Under the pieces are notes generated by a model. The model saw only the letters and a list, made by a program, of their open reading frames with translations. It made no database searches and was not told the DNA's origin. The position numbers and the translations under genes were made by a program. A stretch of 53,207 nucleotides of DNA, filler included, from Streblomastix strix (Eukaryota), in assembly GCA_008636045.1 (NCBI GenBank). It is 3 parts of 3 records of this genome, joined end to end, with 100 filler letters (N's around TTAATTAATTAA, not from the genome) between each part and the next. Parts side by side here need not be neighbours in the genome. Positions count along the whole stretch, not along the records: positions 35,545 to 53,207 come from SNRW01000687.1; 2 more parts are not named here. One strand, 5' to 3'. Below are positions 35,545 through 50,314 of this stretch, piece by piece (position 1 is the stretch's first letter; every line of letters starts with the position of its first letter).

Positions 35545-38500
35545 AAAGAATTCAATATAGCCGGAACCGTCAGAGCCGTGACTGTTCGTGAATTTCGACA
35601 CACCAAAGTTCACTGTTAAGACAACCATCACGACCGCAGTTGAGAAACCGGAGATGGGAGACGAGACCAGAAAGTTTCTTTAAGCAGAACTATAGCCAAC
35701 ACTGCAGAACATCGAGCAACAACTAACTCCGAGACAGGCATTCAGTGGGAGAACGCAAACGTTAATGGTGAAGGTTTTGGAGACAGTGACTGGTGTGCAA
35801 GCGAACGAGATTGATTTTTGGGCAACGAACATCCTATACGAATAGAATGGCGAGGCTCGGAGAAGGGAGATACAATGCCCTTCGTTACTATCTGCTATAT
35901 CGATACCTGTACCAAACGAAGTGCTAGACGCGTAACGCAGTCCGATTGACAAAGTTTTACAGAGCGAGCAAGCACTGGCACTATACAATTTCAGAATAGG
36001 CGAAGGAATGCTGGTACACTTGTATGAATATCAGGATGACAATTTAGCAGTCGACATACTCAGCTAGATGATCCACAATTTAAGAGAAGCTGAGAGAATA
36101 CATTTTGCGAGAGCGCGGAACGAAAACGGGACCAACACGAATTACTTCAACCTAGCCGCGAATTCAATTAACTCGCACTTGAATAGTGAAGCAGGATCGC
36201 ACATGCTGCTAGCGTAGGTTATTGCTGGAAGCGATACAGCGAACAAGGACACGATAGGAATTACGAGTTTGCTGTTTGGAATGCAATAGTTGGGAAAAGC
36301 AAGAGTCAAAGCAAAAAGAATTCGCTAATTTACACCATCAGCAATTTGGAAATAGGTGATGAGACCAATTATGAACTAGAATGAGAACCAGGCCTTATGA
36401 TAAAACCAGGAAATCTAAATTAGAATACATGATGATATGCCTCCTCCAGGCCCGGGACCACGAGACTAGCCTCCACCAGGACATGGACTGTACGCACAGA
36501 GGAACGCTGCAATACCACAGTCAACAATTTTTCCTCCTTAATTAAACGCAGAACAAGAAATCCCGGGAATTCCAAACGGACTAACAAAAGAGACCATAAA
36601 AGAACATATGCGTAGATGGATGCTAAAGGGATTCGATTTAATACCAGTGAGCAAAGACGATGAAGGACATTATTGGCCGGGATATGGTCCAGGAGTACCA
36701 CACGCAACCGATTGGAGAAATTCAAAATAACAGCGTTAAGCACCTTCTATGGATGATGTTAGAGCGTTCTGGAGAGAGCACAACTTTGATTTGAGATTAG
36801 CATGTGTGAGAAAGGAGTATGATTCAGAGGATAACTCAGAGACATTATAACTAGCTAAAACAACAAGATATATATTCAGAAATAGATTTGGAAGATACAG
36901 AAAAAGGTCTATATCATAATATAACAAGAGACTGAGATATGACTCTCCTGATAGAAGCAGCGAATCGAGAGAACGATCAGGATCAAAAGTTTATTCAAGG
37001 CCTTGAGAATATTAGATTTCAAGAGAAACTAGAATAGATGCAAATAAAAGTTATAATTGATATGAAACCAGAAACGAATCAGGAGCAAGAGGCCGAGGAA
37101 CGTATAGAGGATGAGTGTATAATTATTAAGGAAAGGGATTGAATTATTAAGATAGGGACCAGTTGAACTAAGAAAGGTATAGACAAGCACAAAAAGTATA
37201 ATCCATATACAAAATAGGCCTATAATAAGACAAAGAATCACATAAACTGGAATAGGATGCACTAATATGAAGGAGAAAGTTGAGATGATAACCCAAATGA
37301 TGATTGGACAAAACTCACACAGATGCAGAAAGACCCAACAGACAATCGTAGTGATTGAGAGTCAACCTGGACAGAAGATGAAGCCTCGTAACACCATGTT
37401 ACACCATCACAACCCAAATATCAAAACCAACAAACAAAAAGAGTGTAATAGATACAGGTACAGCCTAAACAACAGGCTCCAGCTCAAATACCGAAGTAAA
37501 GAGGGAGAAGAGACAAACCACCAAACCAAGATGACATTGTTGAAAAGGAAATACTACAGGAAAGTCTTGCTGCACTATAGATAGAAAAGGAGGAAATGAG
37601 CATACCTAATTCAGATAGTGATTGATAACAATTAATTGGAGCGATAGACAATAATAACAACCTAACACCCAGGTTAGCACAGAAACAATTACAAGAAATG
37701 GTTCAATAATCAATCGCCAACCAAACAGCAAAATATCAATAATAAACAACTGGTTTTAAGACATAACAAAGGATAATTTCACCACTACCTAGAATGATTA
37801 ACACAGGAATGAACAATGATAAACTAGTAAACTAATCATAACAATCTGTTACTCCAACATAAAAACCAACTCATGGATCAGGAATTAGATTAATATTAAA
37901 GAAAGCTGAGAGAGAATTAGAAGAACTGAATGCGAAATAATATCTTCAGCAATAAAATAACATTGATCTCAACAATACAAATGTTGAAGTACATGATACT
38001 CAGGGAATTGTTGGACAGCGCACTATTTTGTAACCTTTATCCGACTACCGAAAGCCCAAGCTTAAAAGCATGGCAAAAACAAATGGAAGCTTGATCAATA
38101 TCAGCCAATAATAGGGAAAGAATAGAATCTTAAATAAATGAAGGTCATGATGTTAATGCCGATGAGGAAGAAGATGAATAAACCTATGAAGCAGCATTAA
38201 ACTAAAATAAAGACTATAGAGTTAATATAATCTCATAGGCCCAAGTTTAAGAGAATTTGGGTACATGGCCATAAAATAATCAAGGCTTGAATGCTTTCAG
38301 TTGAATGGAAAAAGAAGAAGCAGGCCCTGCTCCGGATGGAGTACAGGAGAAGTCTAAGAAAGGAAAAGGAAATAGAAAATCAAAAACAGAAGGCATGAAT
38401 GCCTCTGATGAATAAAACCAGGGCAACAATGCCCAAGCTCAAACAAAAATAACTTCCAAAGTTCCAAAACCGAAAGCAGTGCCCAAAAAAGGCAAGTAAA
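35545..38500 (+). pseudogene. Long gag-like ORF1 region of DIRS copy A
   Basis: Long frame with Pro-rich, Arg/Ser-rich and Gln-rich tracts and scattered TGA stops, directly upstream of the RT. Confidence 0.55.
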
Positions 38501-38542
38501 AAGCTGAATAGATTTAACCCAAACCAAAAAACGCAAAAGAAT

Positions 38543-40639
38543 ATGGTGAATAGGAGCATAGTCCCTGATCTGGAAGGGACACTCTAACCAATGGAGATCA
38601 GCGTTGAAATCCCCCTCTGGAATAGAGGAGAGGATCGCGCTGATGATAACGGCTCCTCAGTAGAGAGAGGAAAGGATTGGAGAATTGATATATAAAGAGA
38701 AAAGAGATGGAATGGGGGACAGACTAAAAGATTCATATATGCATGTAAATAAATAGGGAAAGAAGAATTCATAGACACTGGATTTTATCTGAGATTTAAA
38801 GACTAGAATAGTTAATAAAGATTAAACGAAAATAAAATGATAATCCCATTTAGAGCAACATAAGAAGAGAAGAAAGCTTACCAAGAAATGTTGAAAGAAG
38901 AGTTAGAGGAAGGAATAGTAATACCTATACAATAAGACCAAGTGAAATGGTGGAATCACACATTTCTGATAAAGAAACTTAATGGAACATGGAGGAATAA
39001 TTTGGATGCGAGTAAATTGAATAAGGAAATAGAGAAATTACATTTCAAGATGCATGAACTAGAGGAAATACCATATCTAGCAAATTAAATGGACTACGCA
39101 ACGTCTCTCGATCTTAAATCAGCATTCTACCATATCGCAGTATCTCCAAACTCAATACCATACCTAACATTTAACTTTAATAATAATAATTATGCATATA
39201 AAGCAATGCCATTCGGGACAAAACACAGCACATTCTACTTCGCGGAAGTAATTGAATCAATCCTTAGACAAATAAGAATACACTTAGAAATCAAGGTTCT
39301 GAACTACTGCGACGACATACTTCTAATCCATCAGGATAAATAAAAACTTAAAACATAATCAATGAAAATAATGAAGACATTAAAATAGTTTGAATTGACA
39401 ATGTCAACAGATAAATGCGTTACAGAACCGAAACAGATAATAACATTCCTGGGATGGATATGGAACTTGAAAGAAATGAATATAAGAATGTCGGAAGAGA
39501 GAAAATTAAAGATGATATAGGCATTAAAAGACTAGTGCAACACAATATATAAGAGCAAAAACGTGAAGATAAGACAACTAGCTGCGCTGATAGATAGACT
39601 GAACTTCCTTAGAACCTACATAAAGGAAGCGTCCCTGTATTTAATAGAATTATACAAAGCGAAAACGCAAGCGTTAAAGACAGGATCATAGGATGGAATA
39701 ATGTTAATAAACAAAGAATTAATCAAAGAATTGAATTGATGGATATGGAGAAAAGGGGATAACCATCCGGAATCATTGATTAACAAAACAATAACATGCA
39801 TGTTTACAACAGACTAATCACCACAACACTGGGGAACGCTGCTAATATATGATAACTAGATAGAACTGATAAAACACGACTGTTGGAGTGAAAAATAAGC
39901 GGAAATGTCAAGTAATGTTAAAGAAATAAAAGCTATTTACTACGGGCTACTACTTTTCGAGCAATTTTATAAGAAGATCCAAGATCAGGCAGTCTTGATA
40001 CGTTCAGACAGCACAACGGCAGTCTACGATATTGGGAAATGGAAAGTGAAGTAATCCCTGACAGAAAGAATAAAACAAGTATTTTATCTGGTAAAGAGAC
40101 TTAAACTATAGATCACAACAATCCACATCCCAGGAAAACTGAACTCAACAACAGATTCACTCTCGAGACTGCGCAGATCGAGCGATTACTCACTGAGGGA
40201 CGGAATGATTTAAACGATCTGCAAAACATGGGATTACATGCCACAGATAGACATATTTGCAACACAGTATAATAAACTAATCAACAACTATGTAGCAGTG
40301 GATCTCAATGACCTGGGGGCTCAATTCAATAATGTGTTCAATTACAAATGACGTAAAGTAAAATTTTATATCCATCCACCAACTCCAATATTAAGCAGAG
40401 TACTAAAAAAAATGAAGTAGGACAAAGCTCAGAGAATAGAAATAGCACCGATTTGGTCCGGACAATCGTATTACACTAAACTAACGAATTTATTCATTAA
40501 ATTCCTTTTCATTGGATAATAAAATAAGATCCTGGAGATGGGACAGAGAATGAAACACAAGGACCAAAAATTTCCACCAGGCAATGTGGGCGCCTTCCTT
40601 CTGGACCTGTCGCAGACGTCGGGAGAGATTTGCTAATGA
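38543..40639 (+). pseudogene. DIRS pol: reverse transcriptase, RNase H and DNA N6-adenine methyltransferase-like domain
   Basis: RT motifs LDLKSAFYH, AMPFG, NYCDD and FLG. RNase H motifs TTDQS...WG, SNVKE, RSDS and HIPGKLNSTTDSLSR. MT motifs IDIFAT, YIHPP and IAPIW. Two in-frame TGA at Trp-like positions. Confidence 0.92.
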
Positions 40640-41704
40640 GATGCATGAAGATGAGAGGATTCTCTGAAGATAGAGTCAATTTACTATTTAAAGGACAAAG
40701 ATTTAATACAGTTAGGAGAGATTTTTACTCCAAAGCATTATTACAGGATTGATTAGATATAGAAAGAATAACAATTGAAGAAATGATGAAAAAAGATGCA
40801 TAATTAATATTAACTGAAGTAATTACCTTCCATACAAGATAAAACAACTCAGTAGCATCAGCTAAATCACATAAAGCTTGCCTAACAACAATGCTACCTC
40901 TAATATATATAGAAAATTTAGCATCCTCAACAACTCCAAAACTAATTAACAAAGCACTGGCAATTGCAACAATACCTAATAGAAGGTATAAAAACATTTG
41001 AAACATCCAAATACTATTTAGCCATTGGAGACAATCAAAACAAAACAATTACTTAAACAATTATGACTTACAGGTTAAGATAGTTTTTTTACTAATATCA
41101 GTATGCTTCTTTAGACCAAATGAATTAGCTGAAATAAGACTGAAATTCTCTAATATCAACAAAACAAAGTATCAAGCATCATTAAGACTAGCACTAAAAC
41201 AGGCAAATGCAATAGAAACATATGAAGTATATGAAACTGATAATGAAAAATTAAGCCAAAAGCTAGCAATATATGAATGGATTGATTGACTAAAGAAACA
41301 ATTCCAAAAAATTATAGACTTTTTATTGTGGAATAAGGGTTTTAATAAACCAACAACTTCAAAAGATAACAGTCTACAATTTACTAAAACTATTAATAGA
41401 ACTGAAGATAATAGAAGCATCACCATACTCAATATGACACTCAGCAACAACAGAACTTGCAAAGCTAGGTATCCCCGAAAGAGATCTCGCTACCTTTACA
41501 CACCACTCCTAAAACTAACACACAGTTCAACAATACTATATTTTCGCATCCTCAATAAGAACAAACGAAATAGCTAGATAAATAACAAATAATCCAGGCC
41601 AAGATAATGAAAGGTTAAACTAGGTATCTCAATAAAGAGGTGAGATAAGGAGAGAAGGGGGTAATCAATTAATATCCTCGTCTCCCCCGGAGGCAGGGTA
41701 ATGA
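40636..41704 (+). pseudogene. DIRS tyrosine recombinase
   Basis: FFRPNEL (catalytic Arg), PYSI*HSATT (second Arg is a stop), FTHHS and VQQYY (catalytic Tyr). Further TGA stops and a frameshift near 41390. Confidence 0.88.
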
Positions 41705-43375
41705 TTTGTTATCCGCATATCACCTAATCTCACCTCTGGCCCACCCAAAATACGTATCCCAACCCGAGATGGAACAGAAATAAGGAGAGAATTCCCTAGA
41801 GAGATGATAGATCGAACAAGCGTAATGATGCTGATGGTGGGCTAGAGCGCATGTAATGATAATGCAGAGATAAGGATAACACCCTGTTAAAGTTTGATAA
41901 GATTGATATAACCAATTATCGATAAAGAGATGTTGCCAACAAGTTGCATCGACGAATAGGAAGAAGAAATAAACGAATGAGTGAAATTAAACCAATCCTC
42001 AAGAAGTATTACCCAGTTAATGAAGAATTAACGCATTTAATTTTTTATTTTAATTGTTTAACAGTTATTTTTATACCTATGCCATTATTCTCTGAGGTTT
42101 TTCTATGTGAATCTATAGTTTCTTTACCTCATGAGAGCAGTTAAACCATTAATTTATCAATTTTTTGGGATTTTTTACTCAAATTTATTTATTGTCCCTA
42201 CGAAAGAAGTTTTTTCAAAACAATTTTTTACTCTCAACTTAGTAATTTCTAAAGCTTTTCTAAATTTATATATATTTAACTGGGTTTTTTATTAACGTTA
42301 ATCAATACTTTTCCCAAAGGGTTTTAAATAAATAATTTTATCCCAATCTGACTATTAAATTTTTTAATTTCTTCTTGTTTTGCTTAGTTTTGCAGAACTC
42401 TCTTTACCGGGACTCGGATGTAATTTTATATTACTTTTGTAAAGTTGTAGTTTCTTTTTTGAATTCTTTTCCACATTAAATAGGCCAACCCATTGGTCGC
42501 ATTCCTGTATGTGAGCCGACCGTATTGGAGCCTCAATGGTATCTCAATAAAAAAGTGAAATAAGGAGATACGGGGATTATAAATTATTCTTTTTCTTTAT
42601 TTTCTTTAACATCTTCTAAACGTTCTTTTTTATCATCTTTGTCTTCTGCTGCCATCATTTTTTTGATTAAAGCATCCGTTTCATCTTCTTTCACTCCATT
42701 TGGGAATAAGTTTTCATTATTACCATCTTCATTTTGATCTTTATTTACATATTCATAAATAATTACTTTCTTTTTCTTTTAATGACAATTTTCCTACATA
42801 ATGATTTCTTTTTTGTTTTGGTAATCAAATTTGCATAAAAGTATCAATTCTTTATTCTTCTTCTTCAAGACCAATTGGAATATTATCTAATGCAAAATGT
42901 GCTGATATTGCATTCCATCAATTAGCAATCAATACTCCAGCTTTAGATAAATATTTCTCTACTTTAATTTAATTTGAGTATCAGGATTATCAAAAGGAAT
43001 TAATGGTGCTAAATCTTCTTTTAAATATGAAATATTTGGGAATTTCATCTCCATCTTTACATTTCCTCTTACATCCACCTTCAAGTGCTTCAATCCATCT
43101 TTCATGATTCAATGAATTCACATCGGAGTCAGCAGGTGGTCTAATAAATAAAAATCTCTAATGAGAAAAGCCAGCTTAAAATAATCCATGAAGTACTGCA
43201 TGTAAAAAGAAAATTTTTTGAATATAAAGAAAAATATATTAAATGGGTTCGTCTATTTATTGCAGTTTTTTTATTTTTTAAAATAGATATAATTCTATTT
43301 TTATGAAAACTGTAAAAGACTTGAATAAAATCAACATGAAAATTAAATATTAAACTCATTTACAAAAAATTAAAT

Positions 43376-46300
43376 TCATGCATCAACGCTTATCAATTAT
43401 TACCCACGTCTTCCCAATCCAGAGTATTTCTAGTGTTGAATCACAACTGCAACAATTATCATAGCAACGATTGAAGCAACAACGATGATTCCAGCAACAA
43501 CAATCCCAGAGATCATCTCAGCTTTACTTTTTGGTTCTTCAGTTTCAATTTCTTTTTATTAGCCTTAATCTGATTATTATTATTCTTCTTCATCTCCTTC
43601 TTCTTATTCTTCTTATTCTTCAACAATCGCAAGCATATCACATTGATTAATAATAATTTCCGTATCTTCAGTTTAATCTGGTGTTATTTCAGATCTATCT
43701 CAATTCGGCCCTAATGGAACTAATGAACATTTCTAATCAATTTTTTATCCAATGAGGAAATTCATTCGATAGTATCCGACTTTGCAATGCGAGAATATGC
43801 ATTTATCAGTCAAATATTCACCAATCTTAGCTGTTCCATTAGAATATCTTCCTTTTGCTTCAGATGATCCACGAACACTACATGGATGTCCATAGATTGA
43901 ATATGGATCATTTGTGAGGCATCCTTTACAGTTATTTGGAGAATATGTGTTATTTGTTTCAACTTCCCATGATAAGCATTTATTTGATGAAAGAGTCTCT
44001 GCATTTTATTTTAATTTTGAAGTTGAATCATTATTTGAAGCTGATATATATGATGATGATGATTTAGTATCATTACCCAATAATTCTTTCTCTCTTTTCA
44101 ATACTTCATCATACAATGCATATCTTTATTCATCTTCATCAGATATTAAACTATCAAATGGGAAATATTCAACTCTGAAATCTGCATCAACTATTTTATA
44201 TTCAAGTAATTAATCACTTGTTTCATCTGAGAAACCATATCCACCTTTATTAGACCATGAAAGATCTGTTCTAATACGATAGAATTAATTTGAAAATATA
44301 GATTTATCTTCTAAAGTTAATTTCATAATCATCATATATTTCATTTGATCTGATTTCTTAAACAGATTTATAATTGTACACTGATCCTGATGTTGCCATT
44401 CCAACACCAAATCATATATCTTTGTCATTTGGATAAGGAGTACCAATTTCAACAATCTTAATTGGTAAATATTATAAAAATTTAGAAAAATATAAAAATT
44501 TCTATAATATTTTGTTATAGTTAATTTTATTAATATGTATAATAATAATAAATATAATTATTCACACCTTTCCAAGATGCTTCTCTCTAATATGTTTCAC
44601 AAACTGAGAACACGTACTTGCACATGTGCCATCAGTGACAATCAACACATCTTACGGCTGATACAATATTTATCTTGTAATATTCTAATTTTTCAAATAT
44701 TTTGCAAATGTATCATTATTTCCCATATAATTCATATACTTATATGTCAGATTAACTGTTTTAATACTTTTCTTATCTACAGATTAAGTTGTCCGCTTTC
44801 TGTTTCTTCTTGAATAGAAAAGCTTATGAATTCCCATATAATCAAGTTCAAGTGAAAGTTATGCTTCATCTAAAAAATATTCAAATTAATATTTTGTGAT
44901 ATTTGCTAATGCTTCATTTATTATGGATTTGGTTTCATCAACAGTTTAATAGAGAGGATGATCTACATTTGGGAATAAGAAGTTGAGAAGTTATCTCCCT
45001 AATTGAACTTATCCTCCTCCATTACCACAAAGATCAATCAGAAGTCGTTTCGCATAATCATCTTCAGATTAATTTGTAAAAGCATTAATTACAACAAATA
45101 TATCCTTACTAAATAAGTCATATATCAACACTGTTGAATGTGTTTTGACTACGCTTCTATTTTTTAGTTTGGTTAACATTTGTTTTGATCTCTGAATTAT
45201 ATTATATAGGAGATGTGAATAAATTTCTGAAAGATTAAACTTCTTCATTATGTTTAAACTATTTTTTGGGAAAATAATTATTTCTATTATAGATATTATT
45301 TATTTATGAAGTTGGTAATTTTTGAATTGTTTAATGATTCCGATGTTGAAATTATTTTAATTTATTATTCTTGTTCAATGAGAATCTGTTTTGGATGAAG
45401 TTTCTTCTCAAGATCTTTTGTAATCTTTCTTTATTCTTCTTCAAGTTTGAATGAAAGATCTTTGAATTATTATTCTTATTATTTAATTTCTTTCTCATTT
45501 TTCTCAATTTTTTATGGATTATATTTATATCTTATATTTCATTCTATTTCATAACTATTTCAATTTATCAAATGATTTAAATTTATTGTTTGTTTTTATT
45601 TTCTCTTCTTTTTTCAATTATTTATTCGTTTTCATTTCAAAAGATGAAGTAGAAAGATAATAAGGTTCAATATTGCATTCTTCAAATATATTCAAATCTG
45701 CACTGAGAATGATGGATATTTATTATTCAAATATATAAATGCCAATTTCATTATGCGCTTCTATTTATATTTCATTATAATCGGAGTGTTTGAATTGTTG
45801 AGCATTTCTTTATGTGAAATAACTCATGAGCGCATAATTCATTCTTGTAATTGGATTTCTGGAGATTGAAACTTCTTCATCTGCACATATGGCAATGACT
45901 TCAAGAGTTGGATATGTTACTTCAACATCCACATATGTATTATTATCATAGAATATTTAACCTAATATATTGATCTTATCTAATGAATAGTTTTACTCAT
46001 TAATGTTGATTATAAAACTCAAAGAATAGTCTGTTTTACTTTAATTTACTGTAATTTGTGGAAACATATAGTATACTTTTGATACACATGGAGGAGTCAA
46101 TATTGTATGTGGATCTTTGAGATTGTTAATAAGGATCATTATGTCTTCATAGAAATCAAATATATTTGTATATGTGATATTATTTATCTTGTCAAGATTA
46201 AAATTAATGTTGACAGCATGTTTTCCATATCCGATTGGTGAACCTGGTGGATTAAGTGAGGTGTCAAGGAATGCATAGCTATTAAGATACTCTTTTAAGA

Positions 46301-48530
46301 GACTAATAGTTGTGCTTTACTCATTGGATTTAAGCTGTAATATTATTGATAAATTTATAAAAATTAATATGATATAATAATAATTATTCATTAAATAAAA
46401 AATATATATAATTAATATAAAATGAAAAATAATTAATATTTGGAAGTATATACTGGAACGTTTCTAAGACAGCTTAATGCAAAGTCAAGTTCATATGAAA
46501 CTCCAGCTTTCATATAGCAATTGCAACCCACTGGTGAGTAATCTTTATTGCATTTACCTGTGTCTGGACTTACTGGAGCGATATGCGATTAATTGCAATC
46601 CTTAATATTAACTTATGTAATGTTTGCCTGACATTATGATTTGGAATATCTTTAATTTTCATCAGAATCTGAACATTAACAACTTGGGTTTAGTAATAAA
46701 TAGGCTGTGCAAACAGGTGGAGTGCAACCGATTGGAGTGTTGCTACCTGTGCAAGTTTTAGTCGCTCTGCACAAATTTATCTCAAAAACGGCATCTTCAT
46801 TTTCATCGCATACGCATCCTTATTCATTATCTGGGTGGAAAGCAGATGTGCATGTACATGAATCTGGTTAATAGTTAGCTGTACAGAAACATCCTCTATC
46901 AGTTGGTTCAAGTATTCCACTTATGCATTCTTCAGTGACAGGACAAGTTGTTCCTGCTCTTATATTATCTTCGTTAGGATTTTTGCAATATACTGTTGGA
47001 GTATCAGATATTTATTAAGAAATGAATTGACACTGACATCAAAATGGATGAACTGTTCCTGTACAAATGTATGAATCAGTTGGTACTAGTTAATCAGAAC
47101 TCGAATTGCATTCTTTATCGTATTGAGATTACACAAGCGGAAATGTTGATGATTCATAATCGCATGTATATAGAGCAGAAGAGTTGTTATAACAATACAA
47201 TAATGTAGACAAATGTCAACAGCTTGAATATCTGTAGATGATCAACATTTAGATTTATTTTCAGCTGGTTTTCTAAATAATAATCTTTTACCAGGATCAC
47301 CATCTTATAATAATCCATGAAATACTGAATATGCTCGGAGTGTAGCTCCATATATAACACCAATTTCATCTTCATCTTCAAGCAATATCTTTCCACTAGG
47401 TTGTGTTGGTTTGTGAAAGAACATCTAAAATCGGATAGCATCATCTTAAACATTCATTATGATCGCTCCATCTACAACATCTAAATAGAAATCATTCTAT
47501 GCATTGGGGTGTGAAAGTCTTTATAAAGTTTATTCTTATAATCCAGCTGCTATTATAAGCATTTCACATAGAACTAATGATCCATCTGCAAGAATCAATT
47601 CTCGTATCTATCGATCGATATTCAGAACAACTCCAGGAACTTCTTCAATATATCTCTATAATCCTAAACCAGTTAAAGTAGTACCATTATAATGGCATAA
47701 ATTCAAAACAAATAGTGCTGGTGCAGGAGGTCTAAAAGATGTTGATATCACAAATAGAGAATGATGTGTTGATGGAGTTATATTTATGAATGATGCTGGA
47801 TATTCTGTTGTTGCGATATTTCCTGGAACTGATAGAATTATTGATTCTTTTTTTGTTTTAATTGGAAGAAGTGATGAATCAGGTTGTTGGATGTATTCAG
47901 GAACTTTTGAGATGAAACCAGGTTGATTTGTTAATATTGTTCATTTTGATTAAGAAGTTGAAATTGTTTCTGAATTAGTACTTATTAATTAAGTAATTGG
48001 TTTCTATGAATAATTAGATTAATTATGATGGTGTTTATTGTTTCTATTATGAATAATCACTCACTTTCTTCTCATTATCCAACAATTCAATCTAAATATA
48101 CTTTTCTCGGTAAGGATCTACTTTCGCTGACCATAATGGTGGGATTGATATTATTTCTTATGTTCCTGGAATACCAGCTGCTATAGCTATAATAGTTGGA
48201 ACTGATATAGGATGTAATAATCTATGTTATGAATATACTTTCTAATCATATATTTATCTTAAGAATGCAGCTCTTTATTTTTTTTCTTTTAACTGATTCT
48301 TTATATTCATCACTTGTTATATCAGCATCTATCTTCAGTAATGTTTCATCTTCTTCACAAACATCATATCCTTCCCAATTAATTCTCCAATTTTATTTCT
48401 CTCCACGTTATCCTCAACTTATAATTTCATCATTTTTCTCTTTAATTAATTAATATTTAGGTTTTCTATAATCAAAATCTGCACTCGATCCATATTATGA
48501 TTCTTCAAAATCTTCTTCAAATTCAGCATC
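43376..48530 (-). pseudogene. Large Cys-rich type I membrane (surface) protein, disrupted, with introns
   Basis: The C-terminus has an acidic spacer, TM segment MISGIVVAGIIVVASIVAMIIVAVVI and a short tail ending in TGA at 43378-43376. CxC repeats (GCFCTANY, SCTCTS, GCVCD, GCNC) lie at about 46460-47170. A GT-AG intron spans 46453-46335, and there are in-frame TGAs. Confidence 0.7.
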
Positions 48531-48535
48531 TGGTT

Positions 48536-49215
<680 letters not shown>

Positions 49216-50314
49216 CTTATATTTGATCTAATTCTGCGATTATTCAATTTCTTTTATTTATTTATTAAAGCCCTTTTGATTTACTTCTCGTTAATTTAGG
49301 CAATTTTTAAACAGAAGAATGAATCTGATTTGCAGTTGGCGTTTCTCATGGTGTCTATCTTGGTTTCACGGATTCTCATTGATTATTTATCCTTTCAATT
49401 GAAGGACTTCTCATCAATTTCATCGTATTTAATAGAAAGGCATCATGCGAACTATAGAGAAATGGGACAATCAATTTCAGCAAGAATTTCTCAGATAAAT
49501 ATAATTAAAATATTAGAATATTATTTTTTTCAACGTCAAAGTCGGATAAGTCTGGAATGGATGTATGAAATTACAATAAAAAATTAGCTTTAATAAAATT
49601 AAAAAAAAATAATTAAAAAATACATATTGAGAAATATATGACAATAATTCTGGTTGAGAAGTATTGTTGCTAATGAATAATCTCTCTTCACAAAAAGTAA
49701 GAATAATAACGAAAAACGTCAACGAAAAAAACCTAAAAATATAATATTAATATTAAAAAACAAATACATAATGTTAGTAAATCAATCATACATTTGTATT
49801 CGGAGCTTAACAACAAGCAAATTATGAAGAAAATAAGAAAATAATAATAAATAAAATTATATTTCAAATCTAAATATAGGGATGTTATTTCTATAAAAAT
49901 ATTTATAACTATATTAATATTGTGTTTAATATGTCAAATTTAATCCGTAAACTTAAGGTTGTGGCAAATTATGAATTTTAATTTTAATTTTTTTAACGGA
50001 CCATCCTCATATATTCACACTATATAACTTATATCATGTAATATAAATGTAATTTAAATATTTAATAGTTCATTACTATTTAACTTGCCTGATAAAACAA
50101 TCAAATATGTTAAATGGATAAAGCATTAAAGTGATTAATATAAAATAAATTAATCAATATTATAAATAAATTTTTTTGATAAAAAGTAGAAGAAACAATT
50201 GAAAACAATAAATAACCCTACATTACATTTCGGATTATGTCACCCACCTTACATAAGGCGAGCTGACCTCTTTATTGCACGTGGGCTCACTCAATGGGGC
50301 CAGTTCGCTCAAAA

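Larger units (their letters stand above)
35545..42000 (+). mobile_element. DIRS-type tyrosine-recombinase retrotransposon, copy A (5' cut by the contig start, decayed; 3' end approximate)
   Basis: ORF1, then RT-RNaseH-methyltransferase, then an overlapping tyrosine recombinase, all on the same strand. Confidence 0.9.

Noticed and set aside
39089..39343. RT as a bacterial retron, DGR or group II intron enzyme
   Set aside because: It is fused to RNase H and MT domains and followed by a tyrosine recombinase, which is the DIRS layout.
42590..43140. Minus-strand coding-like remnant
   Set aside because: Multiple frame breaks and no recognisable motif, so I cannot assign it.
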